Assembly: GCF_004010195.1 (NCBI RefSeq)
Contig: NC_057718.1
Location: 82,052,711-82,116,710, forward strand
Origin: Chiloscyllium plagiosum
Taxonomy: Eukaryota
Direction of reading: 5' to 3'
DNA: 64,000 nucleotides
Positions 37,931 through 50,020 of the stretch are shown here, piece after piece. The notes beneath the pieces were generated by a model. That model made no database searches and had not been told where the DNA came from. It saw nothing but the letters and a program-made list of their open reading frames with translations. Made by a program: the position numbers and the translations under genes. Positions within the stretch are counted from its first letter, which is position 1, and every line of letters starts with the position of its first letter.

Positions 37931-39694
37931 CTAATGTGGTGCACCAGGTAGGTTACTTTTAAAAAAAATAAAGGAACACTTACAAGTGCTTTCACAACTC
38001 TAGGATCCAATTCATTTTAAAAGTCAGTAGAATACTTCTGAAGGGTAGTCAATGTTGAATGTACAAAATATAGCAACTGTCTTCCATACTGTGTTGGAGT
38101 GTCAACTTTGTGCTCCACTCCCTAGACTCAGTGGGGCTTGCAACCACAATCTTCTGATCCAGGAATGAGAGTACTCTCATTGAACCACATCTGACCCTAA
38201 ATAGGTAAAGGACAGGTGAGATGTAAATAGGAAGTGTACAATGAAACTAAGGGCTTAATTGCAATAACAGGTACATGCCAGCCTTAAAATTCACTTCAGT
38301 TTTTGACATTTTCATTAAAATTTACTTTGAATTATAAAGTGCAACTGATGGAAGAAGAGTCACTGTTTTTTCTTTTCAGATTACACGTGTTTTCTTTTTC
38401 TCTATAATTAACATGCAGGGTTTGGATCCAGCTTTTATACATAACTCAAAACAAGTCATGTGTTAGGAATGCAGAACTACCTTTCAAGAGCCTCATGGAA
38501 CCGCAATCATTACTAAGATGTAGGTGTTGTCAGCTAATCACAGTGTGGGCTTATCTGTCTTACAAAGAAGGTGGTTCCTTAAAATGGAGCCAAAAGCTGA
38601 CTCTTCACATAAAGCATTGCAGTTGTGTTTTAATGTTTTTTGCACGTCTCCACATTGTAGTGATGTGTCCAACATGGAGTGTGAGTAGAGCTTTGCAGGT
38701 GTTTATTTTTCCCCAGTGCTGAGTTAGCACTCTCCATATACTTACAGAAAAATGCAAAACAAAGGCAGAATCTTTCTTGCCACAGAGCCAATTGTGTCAT
38801 TATTGGTAGCTTTCATGCCACTGTGGTAGATGCGTGTTCAAGTCTCACTTCAGAGATTTGAGCATGTAATCCAGGCTGAGACTATGGTTTGAAAAACAAC
38901 ACAGTGTTACCGTGTTGTTGCATGATATGTTAAATTAATGTCTGATCTGCCGTCTTAGCTGGATGTTTAAAAAACCATAGCAATCTTTTTAAAAACCCAG
39001 TTGGTGATTCTTAATGGTGCCCTGGCCATCTGTCAATGAACAGGTCATTATCTCAATGTGCAAATGGCATCTGCATTTCTTTCTTAACAATCATGATGAC
39101 ACTATAAAAGAACTTCATTGACTGTAACATGCTCTGGGACATAGTTGATAAGGTTACCTTCCATCACATTCCACTACAAAATGTTTACGGGAAGCACACC
39201 ATGAGTCAATAGCCGCACAATGTCAGTTTAAAATGGTCGTCAGATCCACTTGAGATTGTGAAAGTGCAACATAGGAGGACTTTTATTTCTTAAATTACCA
39301 GTCTGCCAGTCATGACAGATTCTCGCACTAGCTTCCTCAGCCAAAAAATAGAGAAGTTTGCATCTATCTTATTGTGTTGGCCAGCCCAGATCAGCTGTGA
39401 CAACTCTTGACAGATTTATTGATTGCCTTGCTGAGCCAATCTTACTATATTTATGTTACATGGTGTAACATAACCATTTATGTTGCATGGTGTGGTTAAC
39501 CAGTAGTAGGTATGTTTGCTGAGTGAACTCCTTCCTAATCAGTATTGAAGACACCCCTGCAAATTTGCCATGCAGCTGGATTTTCCCCAGAGTGAGGAGA
39601 GTACATCTAGGTCAAAGACTTTAAATCTGTCCTCACATGTAAGAGCAGGCTAGGATATCCTCTTTGCACCCAGATGGTAGATGCTGCCTACAAG

Positions 39695-39708
39695 CCACCA
39701 GAGGGCAG
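39695..39708 (+). promoter_or_regulatory. Candidate CTCF site CCACCAGAGGGCAG
   Basis: Exact fit to consensus CCASYAGRKGGCRS in non-repeat-looking sequence. Confidence 0.5.
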
Positions 39709-41980
39709 AGGCACTAAACAGAGAACCCGCCCCCATGGAGTGTCATGCTACCTCTGACAGCACTAGTGTCAGTAGGGCTCATTTTAACTTGGGGCAATAA
39801 TCTAAAATGGTTATCAGTTCAGCCACTCTTGAGATAGTTCTCTTATTTTCCATTTCTATTTAAGTCATTGTAAATAGAATCAGGAGAGGGGTTTAACCAG
39901 CTGGAATCAACCTGTTCTACAATACCATCAGTGCTATTGTGTCTATATGATTATCTCCAATAGCAGGTTTGCCAATATAGTTTACCAAAAGATAGTGGGA
40001 ATCTGAAACCTCTCCCTCAAAAGATTGCGGATGCAGAGGATCAATTAATACTTTTTCTTTGGGCGGGGGCGTAAGGGTATCGAGGCAAGGTAGATAAATG
40101 GTGTTGAGTCACAAATCAGCTTTGATCTGACAAGTTCATGGAGCAGGCTTGATCTCATCCAGTTCTCATATGAATGAAATGGGGTGTCAGGTGTAAGCAG
40201 TGATGGCAATGATTTACCTCAATTCATAGAATGTCATACATGATCAGTTTTAACTTCACATTTACTACTGACTCAGCAATTGCTGTTTGGGCATCAGAAT
40301 CCCTTCATGATGACTATACAATTTCAGAATCACATGGAATCTAAAATTGTCCAAAATGTTATCCTTGAAAATTAGCACATTGCTGCAATTTTCTGAACCA
40401 TAATTACAGCTCCGTGATGTTATTTCCAAAGAGACTCAGATTTGATCTAGTTATAGTTCTTCTGGATTGAATTGCATTATAAGCTTTTGACATTTTTGTG
40501 TTTTGTTCACTTTAAGAATAGCAAAGCCACTCCCAATATTATTTGCAACCAGTTCCAAAGAATGTAGATCTAACACAAATTGCTGTATCTTTACCCTGCC
40601 CCTCAGTACCTGCCAGTGCTTGTGAGATACAGGCCAGTGCACGAACTTTCCCAGAGAAAGGTGGGGCTCTTTGTTAGTCACTGCCTTTGGCATCAAACCC
40701 TTCCTGCAGTCATCCATACAGCATATTGAGTTCTTGCAGTCTGAACAAGCATTTGCACTCTGCCATGCATTTCTTTGTAAAATCTGCTTTGCAGTGTTTA
40801 AAAAAAAACCTTAACTTCTAACTGTACCTGTGGTAAAATATGTTTTTTTTTACTGTTAAACCTACAAATATTCAAAGTTATTCTTGTTGAATATTAACAA
40901 AACAAATGCTATGTACCTCAATACAGGAATGTTTCTCTACATTTTAATCTTATTTTCCTGAGGTATATGCGAAAAAGTATTTGACTAAAGGTTTAATATC
41001 TGCCCTTTGTATTCTTGATATCAGAAGTAGAAAAGTAAGTTGGTATTTCACAGAACTCTGTTTAGTTGTTTGTACGATCCTGCTCCATTTTATTATTTGG
41101 GAACATAATTAGCCCCAGGCAGTTAAAGGTTTTTATTTGTTTTAGTCATCAGCTCTTTCTATGTTTAACCTTGTGAGTGCTGTTTTTGTTTCCCGTTACC
41201 CCTTCAATCACCTAAATCTGCCTGTTTACATTTTGTACTTAACATAAATTCCATTTCCAGAAAATACAATACTTGAAAGTTTGGTGTAATGGTAGTTTGA
41301 ATGCTCACTTCTCAGTTATGTGTAAAACTGGATAGTCAAGGTGTTTGGCGCCATTACTGCTCCACTGCATTCAAAGTACTGCATTTCATTTTGGAAACTG
41401 AAGAAGCATATATCAGCTTTTGGTGCGATTGCAGTGCAAATTCACCAGAATGATACCCAACCGAAGAGACAGCAGGGATAGATTAGGCCTGTGTTCTCTT
41501 GAATATAGAAGATTTTAAAAATATTTGTTCATCGAATGTGGGTGTCATTGGCAAAGCCAGTATTTATTGCCCATCCCTAATTGCCAAGAGGCAGTTCAGT
41601 CTATCACACTGTTCTGCTCTGCCTCTGCAGCCACATGTAGGCCAGACTATATAAGAACAGCAGATTTCCTTCTCTAAGGAGCAATAATGAAACAGATCGT
41701 TTTTTTATGACAATTAGCAGTTGTTACACGGTCACTCCTTATTCCAGATTTTATTGAATTCAGATTTCACGTCCCCGAAAGATGGTATTTATGGATTGCT
41801 AGTCCAATGACATTACCACGACACCATCCCTTCGGCTTAATTGAATTGTTTAAGATGCTTGAAGGATTTGATGGGGTAGATTGAGAGAAACTGTTTCTTC
41901 TGGCTGTGAGTCAAGAATTAGGAATATAATTTTAAAATTAGAACTAGGCCAGTCAAAGTGACATCAAGAAGCAATTCTTT

Positions 41981-42720
41981 TGAATTTGAATTGAACTTAT
42001 TGTCACATGTACCAAAGCACAGTGAGAAGCTTTGTCTTGTGACCAATACAGGCAGATCAAATAGTTAAATAGCATAGATAAGTAAATAATAGGTAAACAG
42101 TGGTGAAAACAAAAACGCAGGTACAGGCGAATGCTAAGAGTTTGTGAGTCCATTAATATTCTAACAACAGTAGGGTAGAAACTGTTTCAAAACTGGCTGG
42201 TGCGTGTGTTACAGCTTCTGTACCTTTTCCCAGATGATAGAGGTTGTAGAAAAACATTGCCAGGGTGTGATGGAACTTTGAGAATGCTGGAGGCCTTTCC
42301 TTGACAGCGGGCCTGGTAGATGGATTCTATCATGGGAGGTTGGCCTTTGTAATTGCCCGAGCCGAGTCCTCCACTTTCTGTAACGGTCTCTGATCTTGAA
42401 TGGTGTAGTTGCCATACCAGGTAGTGATACATCCAGACAGAATGCTCTCGATGGCGCACCTATAAAAATGGCAAGGGTATTTGTCATCATGCCAAATTTT
42501 CTCAGCTGCCTGAGGAAGAAGAGACATTGTTTGGCCTTTGTAACCAGTGTGTCCATATGAAGAGTCCAAGAAAACTTGTTGATGACCACTCCCATGAGCT
42601 TGACACACTCCACTCATTCCACCTTTGTGCTGTTAATGTGTAGGGGGGGCATGAGTAACATCCTGCCGAAAGTCAATAATGTGTTCCTCGGTTTTGCTGG
42701 CATTGACAGCTAGTTGTTCT
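41981..42720 (-). mobile_element. Rex1/Babar-type 3' fragment inserted in a CR1 tail
   Basis: KAKQCLFFLRQLRKF, FYRCAIESILSGCITTWYGN, SSILKVPSHPG. Confidence 0.85.
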
Positions 42721-42986
42721 CACTGCGCTAAAGTCAAGAAATCTAAAGAAATCTCCAAAAGGATATTGAAGATAGGTCAATTGAATATTTCAAAACTGAG
42801 ATTGATAGATTTTTGTGGGGAAAGGGTATCAAGAGCTATTGTACACAGGCAGGTACCTAGGGCTAAGATACCTACCTGTGATGATCTAATTGAATAGCAG
42901 AATAGGCTTAAGGAACCGAATGACTCTCTTCCACTGTTTCTGATCATGTGATGCTGGATCGAATCTCGTCAAACTTGTATTAACAT

Positions 42987-43733
42987 AGTTAAAAATCACA
43001 CAACACCAGGTTATAGTCCAACAGGTTTAATTGGAAGCACACTAGCTTTCGGAGCGATGCTCCTTCATCAGGTGATAGTGGAGGGCTCGATCGTAACACA
43101 GAATTTATAGCAAAAATTTGCAGTGTGATGTAACTGAAATTATACATTGAAAAATTGATTGTCTGTTAAGCCTTTCATCTGTTAGAATACAGTGATAGTT
43201 TCACTTCTTTCATGTGTAAATCACAAAACCTTTTTTTTAAAGTTGCATTTCGGGTTAGCTGTTAACAATGGTGATAGCTAGACAATATGTTCAACATATT
43301 GTCCAGATATCACCATTGTTAACAGCTAACCCGAGAAAGTTGCATTCTCGGGTTAGCTGTTAACAATGGTGATAGCTAGACAATATGTTCAACATATTGT
43401 CCAGATATCACCATTGTTAACAGCTAACCCGAGAATGCAACTTTAAAAAAAAGGGTTTTGTGATTTACACATGAAAGAAGTGAAACTATCACTGCATTCT
43501 AACAGATGAAAGGCTTAACAGACAATTAATTTTTCAATGTATAATTTCAGTTACATCACACTGCAAATTTTTGCTATAAATTTGTGTTACGATCGAGCCC
43601 TCCACTATCACCTGATGAAGGAGCATCGCTCCGAAAGCTAGTGTGCTTCCAATTAAACCTGTTGGACTATAACCTGGTGTTGTGTGATTTTTAACTTTGT
43701 ACACCCCCGTCCAACGCTGGCATCTCCAAATCA
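42987..43733. mobile_element. PLE-derived near-perfect palindrome with duplicated palindromic core
   Basis: Arms of ~250-300 bp are near-identical reverse complements. Perfect 12-bp TSD ttgtattaacat at 42975-42986 and 43734-43745. Confidence 0.95.
43609..43643 (+). ncRNA. Minimal type I hammerhead ribozyme motif (PLE type); mirror copy on - at 43040-43074
   Basis: CAC-CTGATGA-A-GGAGC(atc)GCTCC-GAAA-GCTA-GTG: intact core, stem II, CAC/GTG stem I, palindromic AGCT in place of stem III. Confidence 0.75.
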
Positions 43734-44550
43734 TTGTATTAACATGTTTAATATGTTTATTTTTAAACGGCAAAATGTGCATAATCAAGGGATTAAAGTG
43801 GAAAAACTGGAAATAATTCTATTGTTCTGAATTAACATGAATATACCTTTAAGTTTCATCTATTTCCTTAAAGGCATATAAGCTGTACGTAGATTTTCCA
43901 CTGAGATGTTGGCTGCTGGAATGATTGGGGGTTTAGAAAACCTTACTGTTCCTGGAGCAAATCATACATGATAGTTTAGCAATTTTGTCAAAAGTTGCTG
44001 ACTAATTAGTATTTGTGAAAAGTTAACCTAAATAAAATTTCCAGTCAAAATAGACAAACTGTATTTCAACCTGTTAGGCATGATTGGACATGAATCAAGT
44101 GTTCAGAAACTCTTTAACATAATTGCCTTTTCATGTTTGTCTTAGGTCTTTTTCAATGCCATTTAACATTTTAAACTCAAATTTAAATATTATTATAAAA
44201 AACATTTTTAAGTGAACTGTTTAAAGATTATCCATGCTGCTGACACAAGAAATTATTGTCAAAAAATGCAATGTATACCTGAATTGGTAATATTGAAAAT
44301 AGTGCTGATGGATAGAGTCATGTGCTTTAGTTCTTGCATAAATAATGAGATGATTTCTGGGTCAGGAACCCAGAAGCAAGAGTAGAAGACCTTCTGTCTG
44401 AATTTTTCCACTACATGTCCAATTCTTCACTTCTTTTCTATCATTTTGCAACCTTCTTAACCGTCTCTTGCTATCTCTCTGCTGATAACCCTCTGTGCAT
44501 CTCTTGAGATATGTTGCGTAAAGAAAACTCATCAAGTAGCCTCCTGGTTA

Positions 44551-44905
44551 GGGGCAGTAAGGTGGCTCAGTGGTTAGCACTGCTGCCTCACTGTGCCAGG
44601 GACCCTGGTTTGATTCTAGCCTCTGGTGACAATGCGGACTTTGCACATTCTCCCCATGTCTGCGTGGGTTTCTTCCGGATGCTCCGATTTCCTCCCACAG
44701 TTCAAAGATGTGCAGGTTAAGTGAATTGGCCATGCAAAATTGCCCATAATGTTCAGGGATGTATAGGATAGGTGCATTAGTCAGAGTAAATGTAGAGTAA
44801 TAGGGTAGGGGAATGGGTCTGGATAGGTTAGTCTTCGGAGGGTCAATGTGGACTTGTTGGACAAAAGGGCTGTTTCCACACTGTAGAGTTTCTATGATTC
44901 TATGA
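44551..44905 (+). mobile_element. Near full-length HE1-type tRNA-derived SINE
   Basis: A box TGGCTCAGTGG, B box GGTTTGATTCT, CR1-like tail TTCTATGATTCTATGA. Confidence 0.9.
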
Positions 44906-45049
44906 TGCTTCTTATCCATTTATTTATGTTAACAAGACATTGACATGTGTGAGCTGTTGTGGAGGATTCATTAGCAACATGGCCTTTATGCAAACTTGAC
45001 TGATGGATAATGACACCATTATTTGCCCTTAATAATGTTTCCACACCAG

Positions 45050-46060
45050 GCTTGTGACCAATGGTGTTCCACAGGGATTGGAATGGGATCCAGTTTTGTT
45101 AGTCATTTATACAAATGATTTGGATGTGAAGGCGTGGTTAGTAAGTTTTCAGATGACACCAAAACTGGTGGTCTACTGGACAGTGAAGAAGCTTATCTAA
45201 GATTACAAAGAGATCTTGATCAATTGCGTCAATGGGCTGTGGGGTGGCAGATGGATTTTAATTTGAATAAATGTGAGATATTGCATTTTGGTAAACCAAA
45301 CAAGGGGAGGACATATACAATTAATGGTGGGACTGTAGATAATGTTGTCGAGCAGAGAGCCCTAGGGGTTCAGGTACATAATTCGTTGAAATTTGCATCA
45401 CACATAGGCAGGGTGGTTAAGAATGCATTCAGCACCTTCATTGCTCAGACCTTTGAGTACTGGAGTTTGGGTGTCATTGAGGTTGTACAGGACATTGGTG
45501 AAGCCTCTTCTGGCACAACATGTGCAGTTCTGGTCGCCCTGTTATAGGAAGAAAATTATTAAACTGGAGAGGGTTCAGAAAAGATTTATCTTAATGTTGC
45601 CAGGAATGAAGGGTTTGAGATATAAAAATAGATGGGAAAGGCTGGGACCTTTTTAACTGGAGTGTACAAGGTTGAGGGGTGACCTCATTGAGGTTTATAA
45701 AATCATGAGTGGCATAGATAAGGTGAATGACATCCTAGGGTCTTTTCCCCAGGATGGGGGTGTTCAAAACAAGGGGGCATATTTTTAAGGTGAGAGGCGA
45801 AAGTTTTAAAAAGGACATGAAGGAGCAACAGTTTTACACAGATAGTGGTTCATGTGCAGAATGAACTGCCAGAAAAAATGTTAGATGTAGGTACAGTTAC
45901 AATGTTTCAAAGACATTCAGATAAGTTCATGAATAAGAAAGGTTTGGCGGGTCATGGGCCATGCGCAGTCAGGTGGGATTAGTTTAGTTTGGGAACATGG
46001 TCAGCATGGACTGGTTGGACCAAACAGTCTGTTTCCATGCTGTATGATTCTATGACTCTA
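45050..46060 (+). mobile_element. CR1 RT to 3' end
   Basis: SKFSDDTKTGG..LQRDLDQL..W...WQMDFN..KC..LHFG; VQFWSPCYRK.IIKLERVQKRF. Confidence 0.92.
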
Positions 46061-46517
46061 TACCTTCCACCACTTGCCCATTCAGACCCCTGTGATGGCA
46101 TTATTATTCTTAACATAAAACTACAGCTTATCTGCCACCTGCTCCCCCATCACCACCACCTTCCTCTGGCAGCTTCTCCTTTAAACATCTCACTTTGATC
46201 CACCATTCTTCCCTCAACTTTAAATTCCTCAATCATTACTGCCTACCCAAGTATCACACCGCATTTCATACCGAGATATCTTCAATGCTATCCTCAGCCA
46301 TTCTCTGCACTGATGTTTCACCCGTAATGATTTCAGTTTCCATCCTGTCTTGTTCTTCTTTGAGTTCACTGTCTTCCTATCTTCCCAACCCATGACATTG
46401 CAGATTGTGTTGGAGTACAAGTCTGCTGCTGTTGGTGGTCCACAGTGCCTTTTGGATTCCCAATCTTGAGTTGCCAGGTCTGTTCAAATGCTGTCCCATT
46501 TAACATGGTAATAATAG

Positions 46518-46729
46518 GAGAAAGTGAAGACTGCAGATGCTGGAGATCAAAGTCAAGAGTGTGGTGCTGGAAAAGCACAGCAGGTCAGGCAGCATCTGAG
46601 GAGCAGGAGAATCAACGTTTCTGGCATAAGCCTGATTCATTTCCGATGAAGGGCTTATGCCTGAAACATTGATTCTCCTGCTCCTCGGATACTGCCTGAC
46701 CTGCTGCGCTTTTCCAGCACCACACTCTC
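46518..46729. mobile_element. Short PLE-derived fold-back element
   Basis: 46556-46631 inverted at 46651-46729. Degenerate TSD aacatggtaata / aacatagtgata. Confidence 0.88.
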
Positions 46730-48446
46730 AAACATAGTGATAGAGCCACACAACATGATGAAGTGTATTCTGGATATAAAGGTACTGTCATGGACAGATG
46801 CATCTACAGCCGGCAGATTATAAAGATGAGGTCAATTTGTTTTTCTCTCTTCCCTCACCATCTGCCACAGACTCAGTCTTGCTGCTATGTCCTTTAGGAC
46901 CTGACTAGCTTGATTAGTAATGCTGTTACTGGCCCACTCTTGATGTTTGACATTGAAATCCCCCACCCAGAGTACATTTTTCATCCTTGTCACCTTCAGT
47001 GCTTCCTCCAAGTGTTGTTCAATATGGAGGAAGGCTGGTTGTAGTATTTGGCAGGAGGTTTTTTTTTTGCCAATGTTTACCCTGAAGCCTTCCTGCGCCT
47101 AATCCAAATTGCTTTTCTGTTTAACTCAAAAAAATGTTTCTCCCAAATCACGTACTTTCAAATTCCTTACAGTCTTAACTTTTGCTCCTCTACTCACAAT
47201 GACATATGCGGCTAATCTCGCACTATTAATATCTCATTCTCCATTAAAATCATTAGTGTCTCTCACCCTGGTTGTTTCCCGGTATGATCCACATCTTAGG
47301 TCCTCAAGATTCAGGCTTGAATGTTTATGGTGAAGGACTAGTTTAGTCATTAATCACCAGATCTCGTTGTCAGTTTGCGCTTTCCATTACCAAAACTGGT
47401 TGTTTATTGGGGATCATTCTGAACTGGAACATTGCTCCACTGCCCCTAATTTGTCACATGGTCTTGTCCTTTATTCTGCCTTGAATGATTAGACATTTCC
47501 TATAGTCTGCAATGACCAATTACATTATCTACAGTCCCCTCTAAAATACTATTCCTTAGTCACAGACTCCATTCCTCTTCCTGCCCACACTCTGGGACTG
47601 AGTGTTGCAAGATGAGTCCTCATAACAGCTTGCCATGTTGCATGAGCTGTCTAGTAGAGTTGATGGTACCGGCCTTTGGTAAGGATGTTCAGGGAGTACT
47701 TGGTTTAATGTGGAAAAGGAGAGCCACTCGGTAGTCGAATGAGAAGAAGCTCTTAAATAGTAGTTTATTGCAAGATTGCAAGTATGTTCTAGTTACATTG
47801 ATATGATAGTTTCTGTAATAATATCTATAAGGAAGAACAAGATAGTAGATCTTACCTCTTCCAATCTTTGGTTGTTCTCCTGGCCACATCCCTGTGATTT
47901 TATCACAGTAGTTAGCATTTAAAATACTGCTCAGCATTAGCGCTTTCAGACCCTTACATCCTTATACAAAACTGAGTTTCAGATTTTATATTCTGTCCAT
48001 TATCAATGCAATCTACTCACACCTCCAAGTCATCACCTGTCTTCTCCTGTGCTTAACTCACTGCTGCTGAAGCTTTATCCACCTTTTCCCTCGCAATCTG
48101 ACAATACCAATATGCTCCTGGCTGGTACCCTCTGTAAAATTGGGATTCTTTAAAATTCACCATCCACTCTCATTCACCCCAAATCTTTGCACTCGCTAAC
48201 CTGCTTTTGCTCCTGTGGTCATCTTCATTTAGTGTCTCCATGGGCTTATCCCACCCTGTCTTTGTGTTCTCCTTCAGCCTGATAATCTTCTGAGAACTCT
48301 GCATTCTTAAACTTTGGCCAGCTGAAGATTGTGATTTGAGTCATTTCACTGTGGCAGATGTGCTGAGGCCTAAAGCTCTGGAGTTCCCTTCCCAAATCTC
48401 TGCATATCTATCCATCTCTCCTCCTTTCAGCTATTACTTCAAATCC

Positions 48447-48628
48447 ATTCCTTTGACTTTGGTCACCTCTAGTAATATCTCCTGGCCGGTGATGGTCAAA
48501 GCTCTAGCATCATCTGTTTGCTTTTATTTTCCAATCTATTCCTTTGACTTTGGTCACCTCTAGTAATATCTCCTGGCAGGTGATGGTCAAAGCTCTAGCG
48601 TCATCTGTTTGCTTTTATTTTCCAATCT
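48447..48628 (+). repeat. Tandem duplication, 2 x 91 bp
   Basis: attcctttgactttggtcacctctagtaatatctcctggc...ccaatct repeated with 2 mismatches. Confidence 0.92.
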
Positions 48629-48967
48629 CATTCTTTAGTCATTTAATCCACATAATCATTATCCCATAGATGATCGTGTATTTTATCTTCTTGTTGACAA
48701 ATGGGTTTGAATTTATTTCACAGCCTGGATAAACATAAAAAGAGCAAAAGACTGCAGGAAAGGAAATCTGAAATAAAGAAACAGAAGCTGAAAGTGCTGG
48801 AAAAATCCAGCAGGTCAGGCAGCATTTGTGGCAAGTGGAACAGCTAATGTTTCAATTCTAATGTAATTTCGTTGCAAGGTTTGTACTCAACCTCTAGCAC
48901 TGGATAAGCAGAGGATTTCTCTATTTAAATGTGGAGAAGGTGTAACCTGTCATTTTCATTAGGTAAA

Positions 48968-49435
48968 CATGAGGACTGCAGATGCAGTTTAGATCAGAAT
49001 GGTGCTGAAAAAGCACAGCAGTTCAGGCAGCTTCCCTTCATCAGGAATAGAAGCAGGAAGCCTCCAGGGTGGAGAGTTAAAATAGGTGAATGGGGGTAGG
49101 GATGAAGATGATAGGTCAGAGGGTGGAGTGGATAGGGGGAAGGGAGATTGGCAGGTAGGACAGGTCATGAGGCCAGTGCTGAGCTGGAAGGTTGGAATTG
49201 GAGTAAGGTGGTGGAGGGGAAATGAGGAAACTGGTGATGTCCACATTGATGCCCTGGGGTTGAAGTGTTCCGAGGCAGAAGATGAGGCGTTCTTCCTCCA
49301 GGTGTCGTGTGGTGAGGGAGTGGTGGTGGAGGATGCCCAGGACCTGCATGTCCTCAGCAGAGTGGGAGGGGGAGTTGAAATGTTGGGCCATGGGCAGTGG
49401 GGTTGATTGGTGCGGGTGTCCCGGAGATGTTCATC
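48968..49435 (-). mobile_element. PLE 3' fragment (endonuclease C-terminus and terminal repeat)
   Basis: AQHFNSPSHSAEDMQVLG...LEEERLIF.LGTLQPQGINVD. Confidence 0.88.
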
Positions 49436-49830
49436 CTTAGCTACTGGCTCATTCCCACTTCCTGGCACAAACTGAGACTAAACCAGTTTGTTCACCAGCT
49501 TAGAGCAGATTTTACCCATGAGCTTTGGGACCCTGTTCGTGGGGTTAAATAGGGGTTTGGGTCCATTCTGTGTCGAGACATAATTGGCTTTAATTTTCCC
49601 TAAATTGGCCAATGAAGGCCAGAGGATGGATTTTCCATCCAAGTAAGGATGACAGGTGGGCTCTCTGATCTGGATAATTCATTAAAAAGCAGGCAGCCCT
49701 TAATGGTAAGTGACAGAGAGAGGGCTCCCAGAATAGATGCTCACTCTCCCTAACTTTAACCATAAAGGAAAGCATCATCCAAGCCATCACTACAAATGGT
49801 GAATCTGCCACTGTCAGACCCACCTCAAAG

Positions 49831-50020
49831 CAGAGTCAAAAGGTGTGGCGTTGAAAAAGCACAGCAGGTCAGGCAGCATCCGATGAGCAGGAGAGTCGAC
49901 TTTTCTGGCATAAGCCCTTCATCAGGAATATGCCCAAATTGTCAACTCTCCTGCTCCTCTGATGCTGCCTGACCTGCTGTACTTTTCCAGCGCCACACTT
50001 TTTAACTTTGATCTGCAGTC
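49831..50020. mobile_element. Short PLE-derived fold-back element
   Basis: 49831-49911 inverted at 49930-50010, same family as 46518-46729; no clear TSD. Confidence 0.85.

Noticed and set aside
40451..40717. 88-aa minus ORF (MDDCRKGL...)
   Set aside because: No recognisable family and no phase-compatible neighbouring exon.
42987..43733. DNA-transposon (foldback/MITE) or CRISPR-like interpretation of the palindromes
   Set aside because: Termini are asymmetric, TSD length varies, and the same ends flank GIY-YIG coding sequence at 28771-31062, pointing to Penelope origin. There are no spacers or cas genes.
44551..44630. tRNA gene
   Set aside because: The A and B boxes belong to a SINE head followed by SINE body and CR1-like tail; no full cloverleaf.
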